This document shows, one piece after another, positions 19,101 through 28,197 of a stretch of DNA of 64,000 bases. The stretch comes from a virus (taxonomy: Duplodnaviria; Caudoviricetes). The first letter of the stretch is position 1, and every line of letters starts with the position of its first letter. The DNA lies in the IMG/VR virus record IMGVR_UViG_3300012000_000013, positions 1,712 to 65,711 of that record; one strand, written 5' to 3'. Position numbers and translations under genes: made by a program. The notes under the pieces are model-generated. The model saw nothing but the letters and a program-made list of their open reading frames with translations. It had not been told where the DNA came from and did not search any database.

Positions 19101-22072
19101 TACCACGATTTAAGAATGGTATTGTTGTAGATTCTTTTGATGGTACTTCTGTTGCTGATGTAACTAATAATGACTATTCTATTGCTGTTGATCCTAAGAG
19201 AAAAGAAATTAGGCCAACATTTAATATTACATCACATCTATTAACATTTGATTCAGCGAATTCATCTAATTATTTGAAGGCTGGTCCAATTGTGATGCCT
19301 ACAGCAACACATACTGTTTTTGTTGACCAAAATAAATCTTCAAAAGTATATAATATTAACCCATTTAATATTGTAAACTACATTGGTAAAATTCAATTAG
19401 ACCCACCATCAGATGTTTGGATTGATACAGACAAACAACCAGATGTTCTTGTAAACCTTGAAGGTGATAAAGACGCATGGGCTTTAATTACACGAGATGC
19501 TTACAGTTATGAATGGGGTAATTGGGAAACTTATTGGACAGGAACAACAAGTTCTTCATATGTTGCTGATAGGCGCCCAGCACTCGTTCAAGTAACAACT
19601 ACAACGACAACACAAAACCAAACTCGTTCTGGTGTATTCTCGCAAGTTGTACCATCAACAATCACTCAATCCTTGGGTGACCGTGTTATTGATGTGTCAA
19701 TTATTCCTTATATGCGTGACCGTGGTATATTGTTTACTTGCTCTGATTTCAAACCAACCACAGAACTTTTTGGTTTCTTTGATAACATTAGTGTAAACAA
19801 ATACATTGCTCGTGCAAACAAGTTTACATTAAGTTCTAATAACTTGGGTTACATTACACAGTCTGGTAATGCAGAAAAAGTCAATGTAACTAATACTGCA
19901 ACAAGTACCGTTAATGCAACAGCATTTGTTGTTCGCACATCAAATAGAGAAGCATTTGTAGTTAATTTGAATCCATCAACATTGTTGAATGGCGCAACTA
20001 TGAATTTGGTTGGCCAATCTAGTGGCACAACAATTAAGATTAATGGGTATGACCATTATTCTGGATTTGTAACTTCTGCCACATCTAACACAATCGTATT
20101 GTCTGTGGATGCTACAAGTGCAAATAATACTGGTGATTATGCTGGTTCAACAGTTTATATTGTGTCTGGAACTGGCGCTGGTCAATCTGCCACAGTTTCT
20201 TCTTACACCGCAGGAACAAGAACATTAGCAATTGTTGGAACATGGACAACCACGCCAACATCCAATTCTATTTACTCAATTGGTAATCTAACAACAACAT
20301 CTGCAGGCGATGTTGCTGGTGTGTTCAATATTCCAAATGGTGTATTCCGTATTGGTGAGAAAAACTTCCGATTGATTGACACCTCAAGTGGTGATATTGG
20401 ATCATCTTCTACAAATGGAGATGCCACATTCTTTGCACAAGGTATTTTACAACAAACAGAAAACACAATTATTTCTGCAACTGTTCCAACAATTCAACGG
20501 GTTGCTGTTAAAGATGACCGTGTTGTTACGACAACAGCTGTTACTGAACGTGTTGTTGGTTGGTATGACCCATTAGCACAAACATTCTTAGTATCTCCTT
20601 CAAATTATCCACAAGGTATTTTCTTATCTAAGGCTCGTTTCTGCTTCAAAACAAAAGATCCAACTGTACCTGTTACATTACAAGTTCGTTCTGTTGTAAA
20701 CGGATACCCATCAACATCTTTGATTTATCCATATTCAACAGTTACATTAACACCAGATAAAGTTAAGACAACTACATCTCCTAATTTGGATGATGCAACC
20801 AAATACACAGAATTTGTATTTGATTCTCCATTGTTCTTGCAACCTGGCGAACATTGTTTTGTATTGTTATCTAACTCTAACAAGTATGAAACATATTCAG
20901 CTGAAATTGGTAAATTAGATACAGTATCAGGTCGACAGATTTCAGAACAACCATATCAAGGTTCATTGTTCTTATCACAAAACGGTTCTACATGGACTGC
21001 TGAGCAAAACTCAGATTTGATGTTTAGATTGTTCCGTTATACATTTGATACTGGCACAACGCAAACACAATTTAATGTTAACTATCCATCGGCTAATACA
21101 GTATATGACTTAATGCATTTGATTGCAACTGGCATATCTGTTGAGAATACATCAATCACATATCAGTTCAATTCTGAGAAAGCTGTGACTGGCGGTAAAA
21201 CAGGCTTCTTGCCATTTACTCCGTTGACTGATTACCCAATGACCGATGGTAATGGACGCCGTGTATTAACAACAACTGCTAACACAACATTGACAGTTAA
21301 AGCTACAATGGCAACAAGCAATCCTGATATTGCACCATTTATTGATACTTCACGCATTAGCATGATTGCGGTTGAAAACATTATCAATGATTTGCCACTA
21401 AGTAATTCTGATATTGTATTGTCAAGTGGCGGAACAGGTTACTCTACTAACGCCAATGCCGTTGTAACAATTACTGGCGGTGGAGGTTCAGGTGCAACTG
21501 CAGCTGCTGTTGTGACCAATAATGTGGTTACATCTGTATATCTAACGGCTGCTGGTTCTGGTTACGAAACATCACCAACAATTACGCTTGTAGATGCAAA
21601 TACAACACCAGGTACCGGCGTAACAATTACCTATAACGGTGAAGATAAGAAGTCTGGTGGTAACTCTAATGTTCGCTACATTACTCGCAAGGTTAATTTA
21701 GCAGATGGATTTGATTCAGGTGATTTGCGTGTCTACCTAACGGCATACAAACCATCCAATTCAAACATTCGTGTTTACTATAAAGTGTTGTCTATTTCTG
21801 ACCCTAATGCATTTGAAGATAAAAACTATCAATTAATGACACAATTGAATAATACCAACTTTGTGTCAACTAGCTACAACGATTATCGTGAAATCTCGTA
21901 TGCTCCAGGTGTTAATGGCACAGCAAACAATTCTGTAACCTACACTTCTGGTTCAACAGCATACAATTCATTTAGAACATTTGCCATTAAGATTGTATTG
22001 ACTGGAACTAATACTACCGATGTTCCTAAGGTGCGTGATTTCCGTGCAATTGCTTTACCTGCAGGTAGTTAA
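16142..22072 (+). CDS. large virion structural protein (VrlC/DUF4815-type)
   Basis: NVNPYYDDF, LFKPG-AVQARELTQ-Q, APGADR, LARRTYDESGNY, RYTMRDIG, DPLAQTF; follows gp8. Confidence 0.8.
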   Translation: MSLDTNFNVNPYYDDFNEDKKFLRILFKPGFAVQARELTQSQTLLQKQVERFGEHVFKNGSVVSGGQLFIHDSTYLNVATDYAGTAVNINNFNGKTITNLAGTKTGQVVVVYDADAGTGDPKTIYVKQISGTAFAVGDTITTVEAAPVFANVSTGGVGTGKTFSVSDGVYFYDGFFIKNSSQTIALSKYNTSANARIGFQITESIVEYTQDTSLLDPAQDASNFQAPGADRFKIELILSSRTLDSTDDTQFIELARTVNGTLSYALIYPQYAVLEDTLARRTYDESGNYTVRPFKLALETSAANTAKANVILSPGKAYVYGYEFETIAPTTITFDKPRTTDSVNNKRLTADYGYYVYSNTHFGSLPINSLQTVDLHCVSNSTINVATAGTITNTKIGTARVKSIAFDSASNTQNSSTYTYRTYLFDVNVGSITGGNVVVLGTNTGYVQIANSITGSQLYSTANTAYVGAKFRVIAGPGVGETPKTITNYNGATQTIQLSEPFITTPNSLSNWSIDFEVNDVKSLSIVSGTTRLAAADIDTSSKDPASTYNDTFISDSNLEPLLFNLGQNYIAQNTIADFSYSYKRLYASQSFSSSDSPALTVGTGETISAATSSSAKAENYQIVVTTAGTSPYTVGQIIPANLYTVDTGTRKITVTNGNNMVANITATIDASNPGSKGKTYVGANATVQTSGGTSIFANNGVILYTANGQVHIMANTVYKTPGTVQSLFVPDVIELVSVLDFNNNQITVANSATATDVTSRYTLDTGQRDSLYDHSSIRLRAGSATPTGPLVVKFNRFNSSGAGFFTVDSYVGYNYGSIPSYTTQATGQIYQLRDCLDYRPVRSIPTSAATANTVSFDVDSTTTGPKIPENGSDILLDYQYYLPRTDKVILNKNRTFEVLQGNPSLTPVQPNDKDGAMTMYILREPAYVANTSDIDVEYVDNKRYTMRDIGNLDKRIGNLEYYTSLSLLEQNALNKQDLTILDSTNLPRFKNGIVVDSFDGTSVADVTNNDYSIAVDPKRKEIRPTFNITSHLLTFDSANSSNYLKAGPIVMPTATHTVFVDQNKSSKVYNINPFNIVNYIGKIQLDPPSDVWIDTDKQPDVLVNLEGDKDAWALITRDAYSYEWGNWETYWTGTTSSSYVADRRPALVQVTTTTTTQNQTRSGVFSQVVPSTITQSLGDRVIDVSIIPYMRDRGILFTCSDFKPTTELFGFFDNISVNKYIARANKFTLSSNNLGYITQSGNAEKVNVTNTATSTVNATAFVVRTSNREAFVVNLNPSTLLNGATMNLVGQSSGTTIKINGYDHYSGFVTSATSNTIVLSVDATSANNTGDYAGSTVYIVSGTGAGQSATVSSYTAGTRTLAIVGTWTTTPTSNSIYSIGNLTTTSAGDVAGVFNIPNGVFRIGEKNFRLIDTSSGDIGSSSTNGDATFFAQGILQQTENTIISATVPTIQRVAVKDDRVVTTTAVTERVVGWYDPLAQTFLVSPSNYPQGIFLSKARFCFKTKDPTVPVTLQVRSVVNGYPSTSLIYPYSTVTLTPDKVKTTTSPNLDDATKYTEFVFDSPLFLQPGEHCFVLLSNSNKYETYSAEIGKLDTVSGRQISEQPYQGSLFLSQNGSTWTAEQNSDLMFRLFRYTFDTGTTQTQFNVNYPSANTVYDLMHLIATGISVENTSITYQFNSEKAVTGGKTGFLPFTPLTDYPMTDGNGRRVLTTTANTTLTVKATMATSNPDIAPFIDTSRISMIAVENIINDLPLSNSDIVLSSGGTGYSTNANAVVTITGGGGSGATAAAVVTNNVVTSVYLTAAGSGYETSPTITLVDANTTPGTGVTITYNGEDKKSGGNSNVRYITRKVNLADGFDSGDLRVYLTAYKPSNSNIRVYYKVLSISDPNAFEDKNYQLMTQLNNTNFVSTSYNDYREISYAPGVNGTANNSVTYTSGSTAYNSFRTFAIKIVLTGTNTTDVPKVRDFRAIALPAGS

Positions 22073-22074
22073 TT

Positions 22075-22299
22075 ATGTTCGCTAAAGTAAAAGACCACGA
22101 AAACTTAGTAAGAGATATGAACTCCAAAGCGATTCTAAATACAGATAAATTAGCTTTGCAAGAGTATTATCAGAAAAGAGAAATGGCAAAAAAAGAACTA
22201 TCTGAAAAGGTAGAATCAAAACAACGCCTAGATAAAATAGAAAACGAAATGTCAGAGATAAAAGACTTGTTGCGTGAACTGATTGGCAGAGGTAAATAA
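22075..22299 (+). CDS. small coiled-coil protein
   Basis: LVRD..SKAILN, C-terminal EIKDLL; typically follows the VrlC-like gene. Confidence 0.7.
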   Translation: MFAKVKDHENLVRDMNSKAILNTDKLALQEYYQKREMAKKELSEKVESKQRLDKIENEMSEIKDLLRELIGRGK

Positions 22300-22625
22300 T
22301 GGCAGCCAATACAATAAACCAAATAACCACAGCAAATACATTCCAGCAGTGGTTAACTGCCACTTCTTCATTGATTGCCACTGCCAATTTAATCACAAAT
22401 GGTAATGGTCAAACATTTTATGCAAATACAATACTAGAGGTTTCTGGTAGTGGTGCTCGTTTAAATGTCAACACCTCTGGTTTCATTGAAACTTTTTATA
22501 GTAACACCGCAAATTTATTGACTGCCAATGTCCAAACTTTAGTTGGAACTGCAAATACCGCAATTTATGATAAAATTGCAGCTGTTGAAGCTTCTTCTTT
22601 AGCGTTCTCAATTGCACTTGGATAA
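22299..22625 (+). CDS. short fibre/anchor protein ending AFSIALG
   Basis: N-terminal NTFQQW motif, C-terminal hydrophobic peptide shared with 38077..40236. Confidence 0.65.
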   Translation: MAANTINQITTANTFQQWLTATSSLIATANLITNGNGQTFYANTILEVSGSGARLNVNTSGFIETFYSNTANLLTANVQTLVGTANTAIYDKIAAVEASSLAFSIALG

Positions 22626-22658
22626 ATAGATAAATAACAAAGAATAGGAATTTTTTTC

Positions 22659-22985
22659 ATGCCAAATACATTTAAGAATTATTTTTTAAAAAATGCAGGA
22701 ACAACTGCGGCTAACGTATATGCTCCAGCAGCATCTACACAGGCTACGGTGATTGGTTTAACGATTGGAAACACAACTGCTTCTCCAATTACTGCAAATG
22801 TGACCGTAGTTTCTGGCGGAACAACACATTTTATGGTACAAAATGCAACCATTTCAAATGGTGGCGCTTTAGTTCCAATTGGTGGAGACCAAAAATTGGT
22901 GTTAGAATTTGGAGATTATTTACAAGTTCAAACATCTACAAACAACTCAGCAGATTGTATTTTATCGGTACTGGAGATAACCTAA
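22659..22985 (+). CDS. beta-rich fibre adaptor-like protein (MPNTFKN...LEIT)
   Basis: 108-aa ORF similar to 23736 and 24083 paralogs; tandem GATAAATA late-promoter-like sites at 22621-22636. Confidence 0.65.
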   Translation: MPNTFKNYFLKNAGTTAANVYAPAASTQATVIGLTIGNTTASPITANVTVVSGGTTHFMVQNATISNGGALVPIGGDQKLVLEFGDYLQVQTSTNNSADCILSVLEIT

Positions 22986-22986
22986 A

Positions 22987-23736
22987 ATGGCATACCTTGG
23001 CAACGAGCCTGGTGTAGGTGCTTTTATTGTTGCAACCGAAAGGTTCAACGGTACAGGTTCTTGCACACAATTTACTATAACACAAACGGGTATTCAAGAT
23101 GCCAATGTTGTTGATGTTATCGTAAATAGCATTCAGCAAGATCCAATTAATTCTTATTCTATTGCTAATGGCGTAATTACTTTTACTGAAGCTCCATCTT
23201 CTGGAACTCAAAATATTATTGTTCGTTATCGTGCAACAACGGTAATTACATATAACAATATTCAAAATTCACAGATTCCTGATGGCACGATTACTGCAAG
23301 TAAACTGGCCGCAGGAGTTATTGTTCCTAGTGCAACTGCTAATTCGGCTGCAGGTTATGCTAATAGTGCTTTCTCTACTGCTAATTCATCATTTATAGCA
23401 GCTAATAGTTCAGGCACATATGCTAATACTGGTTTTGCAGTAGCAAACTCTGCAGCAATATATGCTAACTCTGCGTTTTTACGAGCAAATACACCGTCTG
23501 CAACAGCTAACTCTGGTTCAGTTTATGCTAATTCAGCATTTAATGTGGCTAACGGTGCTGCATCGGTAGCTAATACTGATTATACAACTTTATCATTTAC
23601 AGCAGGTGTTTATGGAAATGCAACAATTATTCCTTCATTAACCATTTCTTCAAATGGTCGTATTACAGCAGTAGCAAATACCGCTGTATCTGGAATTGAT
23701 GCACATCCATTTTTCTTTACAGCTATGGGGTCATAA
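22987..23736 (+). CDS. tail fibre-like protein (MAYLGN...; ANSA repeats; ends HPFFFTAMGS)
   Basis: N-terminal beta domain shared with gp7 and 28198 ORF; heptad ANSA repeats. Confidence 0.7.
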   Translation: MAYLGNEPGVGAFIVATERFNGTGSCTQFTITQTGIQDANVVDVIVNSIQQDPINSYSIANGVITFTEAPSSGTQNIIVRYRATTVITYNNIQNSQIPDGTITASKLAAGVIVPSATANSAAGYANSAFSTANSSFIAANSSGTYANTGFAVANSAAIYANSAFLRANTPSATANSGSVYANSAFNVANGAASVANTDYTTLSFTAGVYGNATIIPSLTISSNGRITAVANTAVSGIDAHPFFFTAMGS

Positions 23737-24083
23737 TGCCAACAGCATATAAAATTTTAGGTCAAACATTACCAACTGCAAACACATTAAGTAATGTGTA
23801 TGTGGTTCCAACATCCACATCTGCAATCGTTAGCACAATTACTATTTGTAATCAAAGCTCTGCTAATGCAAACGTGGATATTATTGTTCGCCCAATCAAT
23901 GAAACTTTGGCAAACAAACATTATCTTTTAAGAACAATTACAATTCCTCGTGCGGACACAATGATTCTTTCACCAGGACTTACACTTAATGCATCAGTAA
24001 TTGTAGCAGTAAATAATGCCGTTGTTACTGGTGAAACTGCAGCCAATGTATCCTTTAACGTATTTGGAGTAGAGTTAACATAA
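23736..24083 (+). CDS. adaptor-like virion protein paralog 1 (MPTAYKILGQ...VELT)
   Basis: Tandem paralog of 24083..24424. Confidence 0.7.
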   Translation: MPTAYKILGQTLPTANTLSNVYVVPTSTSAIVSTITICNQSSANANVDIIVRPINETLANKHYLLRTITIPRADTMILSPGLTLNASVIVAVNNAVVTGETAANVSFNVFGVELT

Positions 24084-24424
24084 TGCCTAATACATATAAA
24101 ATTCTTGGTCAGGTTAATCCTAGTGCCAACACACAAGCTAATATAGATGTTGTTCCTGCTGCAACAGAAGTAGTAATTAATTCAATTCAAATTTCAAATC
24201 AATCAGCATCAAATGCATCTTACAGTTTGATGGTTTTTCCATCTTCTGAGTTTTCTTCACCTGCATCTAATGGAAAATATTTCCTTATTCGTGGTGGAAC
24301 AATTCCTGCTAGCGATGCTGCCACATTGACTTTGAGTTTAACTTTACCTGCTGGAGCAATTTTAGCAGCTAACACAAATTCAGCAAGTCTTTCGTTCTCA
24401 GCATTTGGTGTTGAAATCACCTAA
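24083..24424 (+). CDS. adaptor-like virion protein paralog 2 (MPNTYKILGQ...VEIT)
   Basis: Tandem paralog of 23736..24083. Confidence 0.7.
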   Translation: MPNTYKILGQVNPSANTQANIDVVPAATEVVINSIQISNQSASNASYSLMVFPSSEFSSPASNGKYFLIRGGTIPASDAATLTLSLTLPAGAILAANTNSASLSFSAFGVEIT

Positions 24425-24436
24425 CAGGAAGGTGAT

Positions 24437-25381
24437 ATGTCAATACTATTTTCAAAAAATTTCTCAACAGGCTCTTTTGTAAGACCACTGGGATATACTT
24501 TTCCTGTTGGTCTTAATACCGGTGGATCATTATCGGTTGATTACCTAGTTATTGCTGGTGGCGGTGGCGGTGGTGTTAATATTGGCGGTGGCGGTGGAGC
24601 TGGTGGTTTGTTATCTGGCTCTAATTTAACGCTTGATACAAATTCTATTTACACAGTAACCGTAGGAGCTGGTGGAGCTGCATTAGCTGCATCAACACAA
24701 TCTACAACAGGAAATAACGGCTCTAATTCATCATTTAGTATTGTTTCTACTGCTTCAGTAGGTGGTGGTGGAGGTGGTTACTATGCAAGCACATCAGGAT
24801 TTGGTGCAAACGGTGGCTCAGGTGGTGGTGCTGGAGCACAAAGCACTCCAACAGTAAATGGAGGCACAGGAACATCTGGGCAAGGTAATAATGGTGGTAG
24901 TTCAAGTGGTTCTGGTTCTGCTTACGGTGGTGGTGGTGGCGGAGGTGCGAGCGCAGCAGGAGGAAATGCAAGCACAGGTGCTGCTGGTAATGGTGGAGCA
25001 GGATCAGCCTCATCTATTACAGGATCATCTGTAACTTATGCTGGAGGCGGTGGTGGCGCTGCTTACGGAAGCGGTGCAGTTGCAGGTAATGGTGGATCTG
25101 GCGGTGGTGGTGCTGGTGCAGCATCAAATGGTGCAACTGGTGGCACTGGAACAATAAATGCGCAAAACGGAACTGCAAATACTGGTGGTGGCGGTGGCGG
25201 TGGATCTTACTATACTCAAGGAGGCACAAACGCTTCTGGTGGTTCAGGCATCGTAATCATCCGCTACTCAGGTTCACAAGCAGCTGCTGGTGGAAATTAC
25301 AGTTCTTCTGGTGGATTCTCTATACATACCTTCACGGGTGACGGTACATTTACTGCTAACGTTGAATATCAAATTAATTAA
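24437..25381 (+). CDS. glycine-rich adhesin-like protein 1
   Basis: VDYLVIAGGGGGG, NTGGGGGG, GGSGIVIIRY, IHTFTGDG. Confidence 0.8.
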   Translation: MSILFSKNFSTGSFVRPLGYTFPVGLNTGGSLSVDYLVIAGGGGGGVNIGGGGGAGGLLSGSNLTLDTNSIYTVTVGAGGAALAASTQSTTGNNGSNSSFSIVSTASVGGGGGGYYASTSGFGANGGSGGGAGAQSTPTVNGGTGTSGQGNNGGSSSGSGSAYGGGGGGGASAAGGNASTGAAGNGGAGSASSITGSSVTYAGGGGGAAYGSGAVAGNGGSGGGGAGAASNGATGGTGTINAQNGTANTGGGGGGGSYYTQGGTNASGGSGIVIIRYSGSQAAAGGNYSSSGGFSIHTFTGDGTFTANVEYQIN

Positions 25382-25389
25382 AGAAAATA

Positions 25390-26328
25390 ATGGGAATTGA
25401 ATTTTTTAAAGCCTCTTCAAATTTAATGTTGGTTCGGCCACAGGGATATACTTTTCCTAACGGGTTAACTGGAGGGACGACAATTTCAGTTGATTATTTG
25501 GTTGTTGCTGGTGGCGGTGGTGGTGGCGGAAATACTGGCGGTGGCGGTGGCGCAGGTGGTTATAGAACAGCTTCAGGATTCTCTGTTACTGCATCAACTT
25601 CATATTCAATTACTGTTGGTGCTGGCGGATCAGGAACAACAGGAGGAACTTCAACAAATGGTTCTTCATCTATATTTTCTTCTATAACTTCCAGTGGAGG
25701 AGGTTATGGTGGTGATTTAGTTTTTCCTGCAGGAGGTTATAATAGACCCGCTGCAAGTGGAGGGTCTGGTGGTGGAGGAGGAAGTGCTTATGCAGGAAAT
25801 CCTACTCCAAGCACAAATTTTGGACCAGGTGCTGCTGGAACTCCAGGCCAAGGAAATTCTGGTGGAAATGGCCAATCAAATGTTTCTAATAATTCACCAG
25901 GAACAAATTTAACTGCTGGCGGTGGTGGCGGTGGTTCAGGTGGTACTGGCGGAGGCACAACACCTGGAACAGGCGGTGCTGGTGGTGCAGGTACAGCTTC
26001 GCCATTATCAGGAACACCAGTAACATATTCTGGCGGCGGTGGTGGCGGAGGATTTGTTACTTCAGGCCCTGCTGGGACTCCTGGTGGTGCAGGAGGAGGT
26101 GCTAGTCCAGGCACAGGAGCAAATGGAACAACAAACACTGGCGGTGGCGGTGGCGGTGGTGGGACAGGAACAACTTTAGGAGGCAACGGTGCCTCTGGCA
26201 TCGTAATTATTCGTTATTCAGGAGTTCAAGCTGCTACTGGTGGTACTGTAACATCTTCTGGTGGAAATACAATACACACCTTTAACGGTGACGGAATTTT
26301 TAGAACAGAATTTTTCGTAATCAATTAA
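25390..26328 (+). CDS. glycine-rich adhesin-like protein 2
   Basis: Same framework motifs as paralogs 1 and 3. Confidence 0.8.
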   Translation: MGIEFFKASSNLMLVRPQGYTFPNGLTGGTTISVDYLVVAGGGGGGGNTGGGGGAGGYRTASGFSVTASTSYSITVGAGGSGTTGGTSTNGSSSIFSSITSSGGGYGGDLVFPAGGYNRPAASGGSGGGGGSAYAGNPTPSTNFGPGAAGTPGQGNSGGNGQSNVSNNSPGTNLTAGGGGGGSGGTGGGTTPGTGGAGGAGTASPLSGTPVTYSGGGGGGGFVTSGPAGTPGGAGGGASPGTGANGTTNTGGGGGGGGTGTTLGGNGASGIVIIRYSGVQAATGGTVTSSGGNTIHTFNGDGIFRTEFFVIN

Positions 26329-26334
26329 AAAAAT

Positions 26335-27318
26335 ATGTCCGCAATTAAATATCTCAAAGCAAACAGAGTAGGCAAATTGGTTCGGCCAAATGGATATATT
26401 TTTCCTTCTGGACTTTCTGCAACCGCAAATTTAGTTGTGGACTATATTGTAGTTGCTGGAGGCGGTGGCGGTGGTGGTTATGGTGGAGGCGGTGGCGGTG
26501 GTGGTATGAGAACTGGTTCAGGATTTTCTGTAACATCATCAACTCCCTATTCAATTACAGTTGGAGGCGGCGGGCCAGGAGGTTCTGCTGGTTCAAGCAG
26601 AGGTGGAACAGGAACAGGAACAGCGGGAAGTAATGGTTCATCTTCTATTTTTTCTTCAATAACTTCTTCTGGTGGTGGCGGAGGAGGAACAGAAGATGGA
26701 AACGGCCGAAGCGGGGGTTCTGGTGGAGGCGCAGGCGGAACAGGTTTTCCAAGTGCTCCAATGACAGCAGGACAAGGAACTCCAGGTCAAGGAAACAATG
26801 GTGGCACAAGTGCAGGTAGCGGTTCTGTGCCAGGAAGTCCTTCAGGTTCAGGATGCGGTGGCGGTGGTGGCGCCGGTGCTGTTGGTGCCAATGCAGTTAA
26901 TCCTTCTGGAGGAAATGGCGGCGATGGAACATCAACAACAATTGCACCTTCAGGTAACCCAACAACTTATGCTGGTGGCGGAGGTGGCGGTTTTAGAGCT
27001 AGTCCTGGTGCTACTGTTTCTGCTGGTTCTGGAGGTAGTGGAGGCGGAGGTGCTGGAGCTTTTACAGCACCAGTAGCCACAGCAGGTACGACAAATACTG
27101 GTGGCGGCGGCGGCGGCGGAGGTCATTTGAACGGACCAGGAAACCAAGGAGCTGGCGGTGCAGGTGGTTCAGGTACTGTAATCATTCGTTACGCTGGTAT
27201 CCAAGCTGCTACAGGTGGTGCCGTTACATCTTCTGGTGGATATACAATACATACTTTTACTGGTGACGGAACATTTGCTACTAATTCCAATTTTGGACTT
27301 ATTTACTCAATCAATTAA
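26335..27318 (+). CDS. glycine-rich adhesin-like protein 3
   Basis: Same framework motifs as paralogs 1 and 2. Confidence 0.8.
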   Translation: MSAIKYLKANRVGKLVRPNGYIFPSGLSATANLVVDYIVVAGGGGGGGYGGGGGGGGMRTGSGFSVTSSTPYSITVGGGGPGGSAGSSRGGTGTGTAGSNGSSSIFSSITSSGGGGGGTEDGNGRSGGSGGGAGGTGFPSAPMTAGQGTPGQGNNGGTSAGSGSVPGSPSGSGCGGGGGAGAVGANAVNPSGGNGGDGTSTTIAPSGNPTTYAGGGGGGFRASPGATVSAGSGGSGGGGAGAFTAPVATAGTTNTGGGGGGGGHLNGPGNQGAGGAGGSGTVIIRYAGIQAATGGAVTSSGGYTIHTFTGDGTFATNSNFGLIYSIN

Positions 27319-27322
27319 ACCA

Positions 27323-27330
27323 TATAAATA
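27323..27330 (+). promoter_or_regulatory. late promoter TATAAATA
   Basis: Exact consensus, followed by AGGAG SD and the 27360 ORF. Confidence 0.8.
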
Positions 27331-27359
27331 GCGGTGTCACTTTTTATTAGGAGCTTTAA

Positions 27360-27752
27360 ATGGCACATTTTGCAAAATTAAATTCAGACAATGTAGTAGT
27401 CCATGTTTCAGTTGTTGATAACTGGAACTGCGTTGATGGTTCGGGTAATGAAGTAGAAGCAATTGGTGTTGCTTTTCTACAAAGCGTTCACGGTGTTGAA
27501 CCTGGCATTACATGGAAACAAACAAGTTATAACGGCAACATTCGCAAGAACTATGCAGGTATTGGAATGACATATGACGCTGGTCGTGATGCTTTCATTT
27601 CACCAAAACCATTTGCATCTTGGGTTCTAAACGAAACAACTTGCCGCTGGGAAGCACCAGTTGCTATGCCTTCTGATGCTGGCACAGGAACACCGCCAAA
27701 GATGTATCGCTGGGATGAAGATACAGTTAATTGGGTTGAAGTAACAATTTAA
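27360..27752 (+). CDS. conserved phage protein (MAHFAKL...WKQTSYNGNIRKNYAGIG), probable partner/chaperone of the Gly-rich proteins
   Basis: Recognisable family that commonly follows Gly-rich genes; function inferred. Confidence 0.65.
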   Translation: MAHFAKLNSDNVVVHVSVVDNWNCVDGSGNEVEAIGVAFLQSVHGVEPGITWKQTSYNGNIRKNYAGIGMTYDAGRDAFISPKPFASWVLNETTCRWEAPVAMPSDAGTGTPPKMYRWDEDTVNWVEVTI

Positions 27753-27767
27753 TTATAGGAGTTTATA

Positions 27768-28175
27768 ATGGATGTAAATAATGTTAGTGAAGTAATGAAG
27801 AATTTTTCTGGCGACAATGGTATGCCAGTTGGTATTGATACTGCAATCAAGGCTTTAAGGCCTGGTGCAACATGGGAAATTGAAATGGCCGGTGGCAATA
27901 TCACTTATCATAAGTGGTATCACAAAGATGGATTAAAACCGCCAACCAAAGATGAGATTGATGTAGAGCTTGCTTATCAAGAAAAGTTAGCTAAGCATTA
28001 TCAATATGCTTATGATAGGTGCAAACATTATCCTGATGGATTTGAGCAACTAGATATGTTGTGGCACGCAGTCAATGAAGGAATAGATTTAAAGAATTCA
28101 GAGTGGTTTCAAACGATTAAGGAAGTTAAAGAACAATTTCCTAAATCAGAAGGTAATCCACCAACAAAAGATTAA
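27768..28175 (+). CDS. fibre-associated hypothetical protein (possible chaperone)
   Basis: AIKALRPGATW, YP...EQLDMLWH...W...IK-VK..FPK; AGGAG SD. Confidence 0.6.
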   Translation: MDVNNVSEVMKNFSGDNGMPVGIDTAIKALRPGATWEIEMAGGNITYHKWYHKDGLKPPTKDEIDVELAYQEKLAKHYQYAYDRCKHYPDGFEQLDMLWHAVNEGIDLKNSEWFQTIKEVKEQFPKSEGNPPTKD

Positions 28176-28197
28176 TAACAAGAATAAATAGGCTACC

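Noticed and set aside
24700-27150. Antisense/alternate-frame His- or Pro-rich ORFs (e.g. 25788..26201, 24747..25013)
   Set aside because: Shadows of GGT/GGC glycine runs on the coding strand
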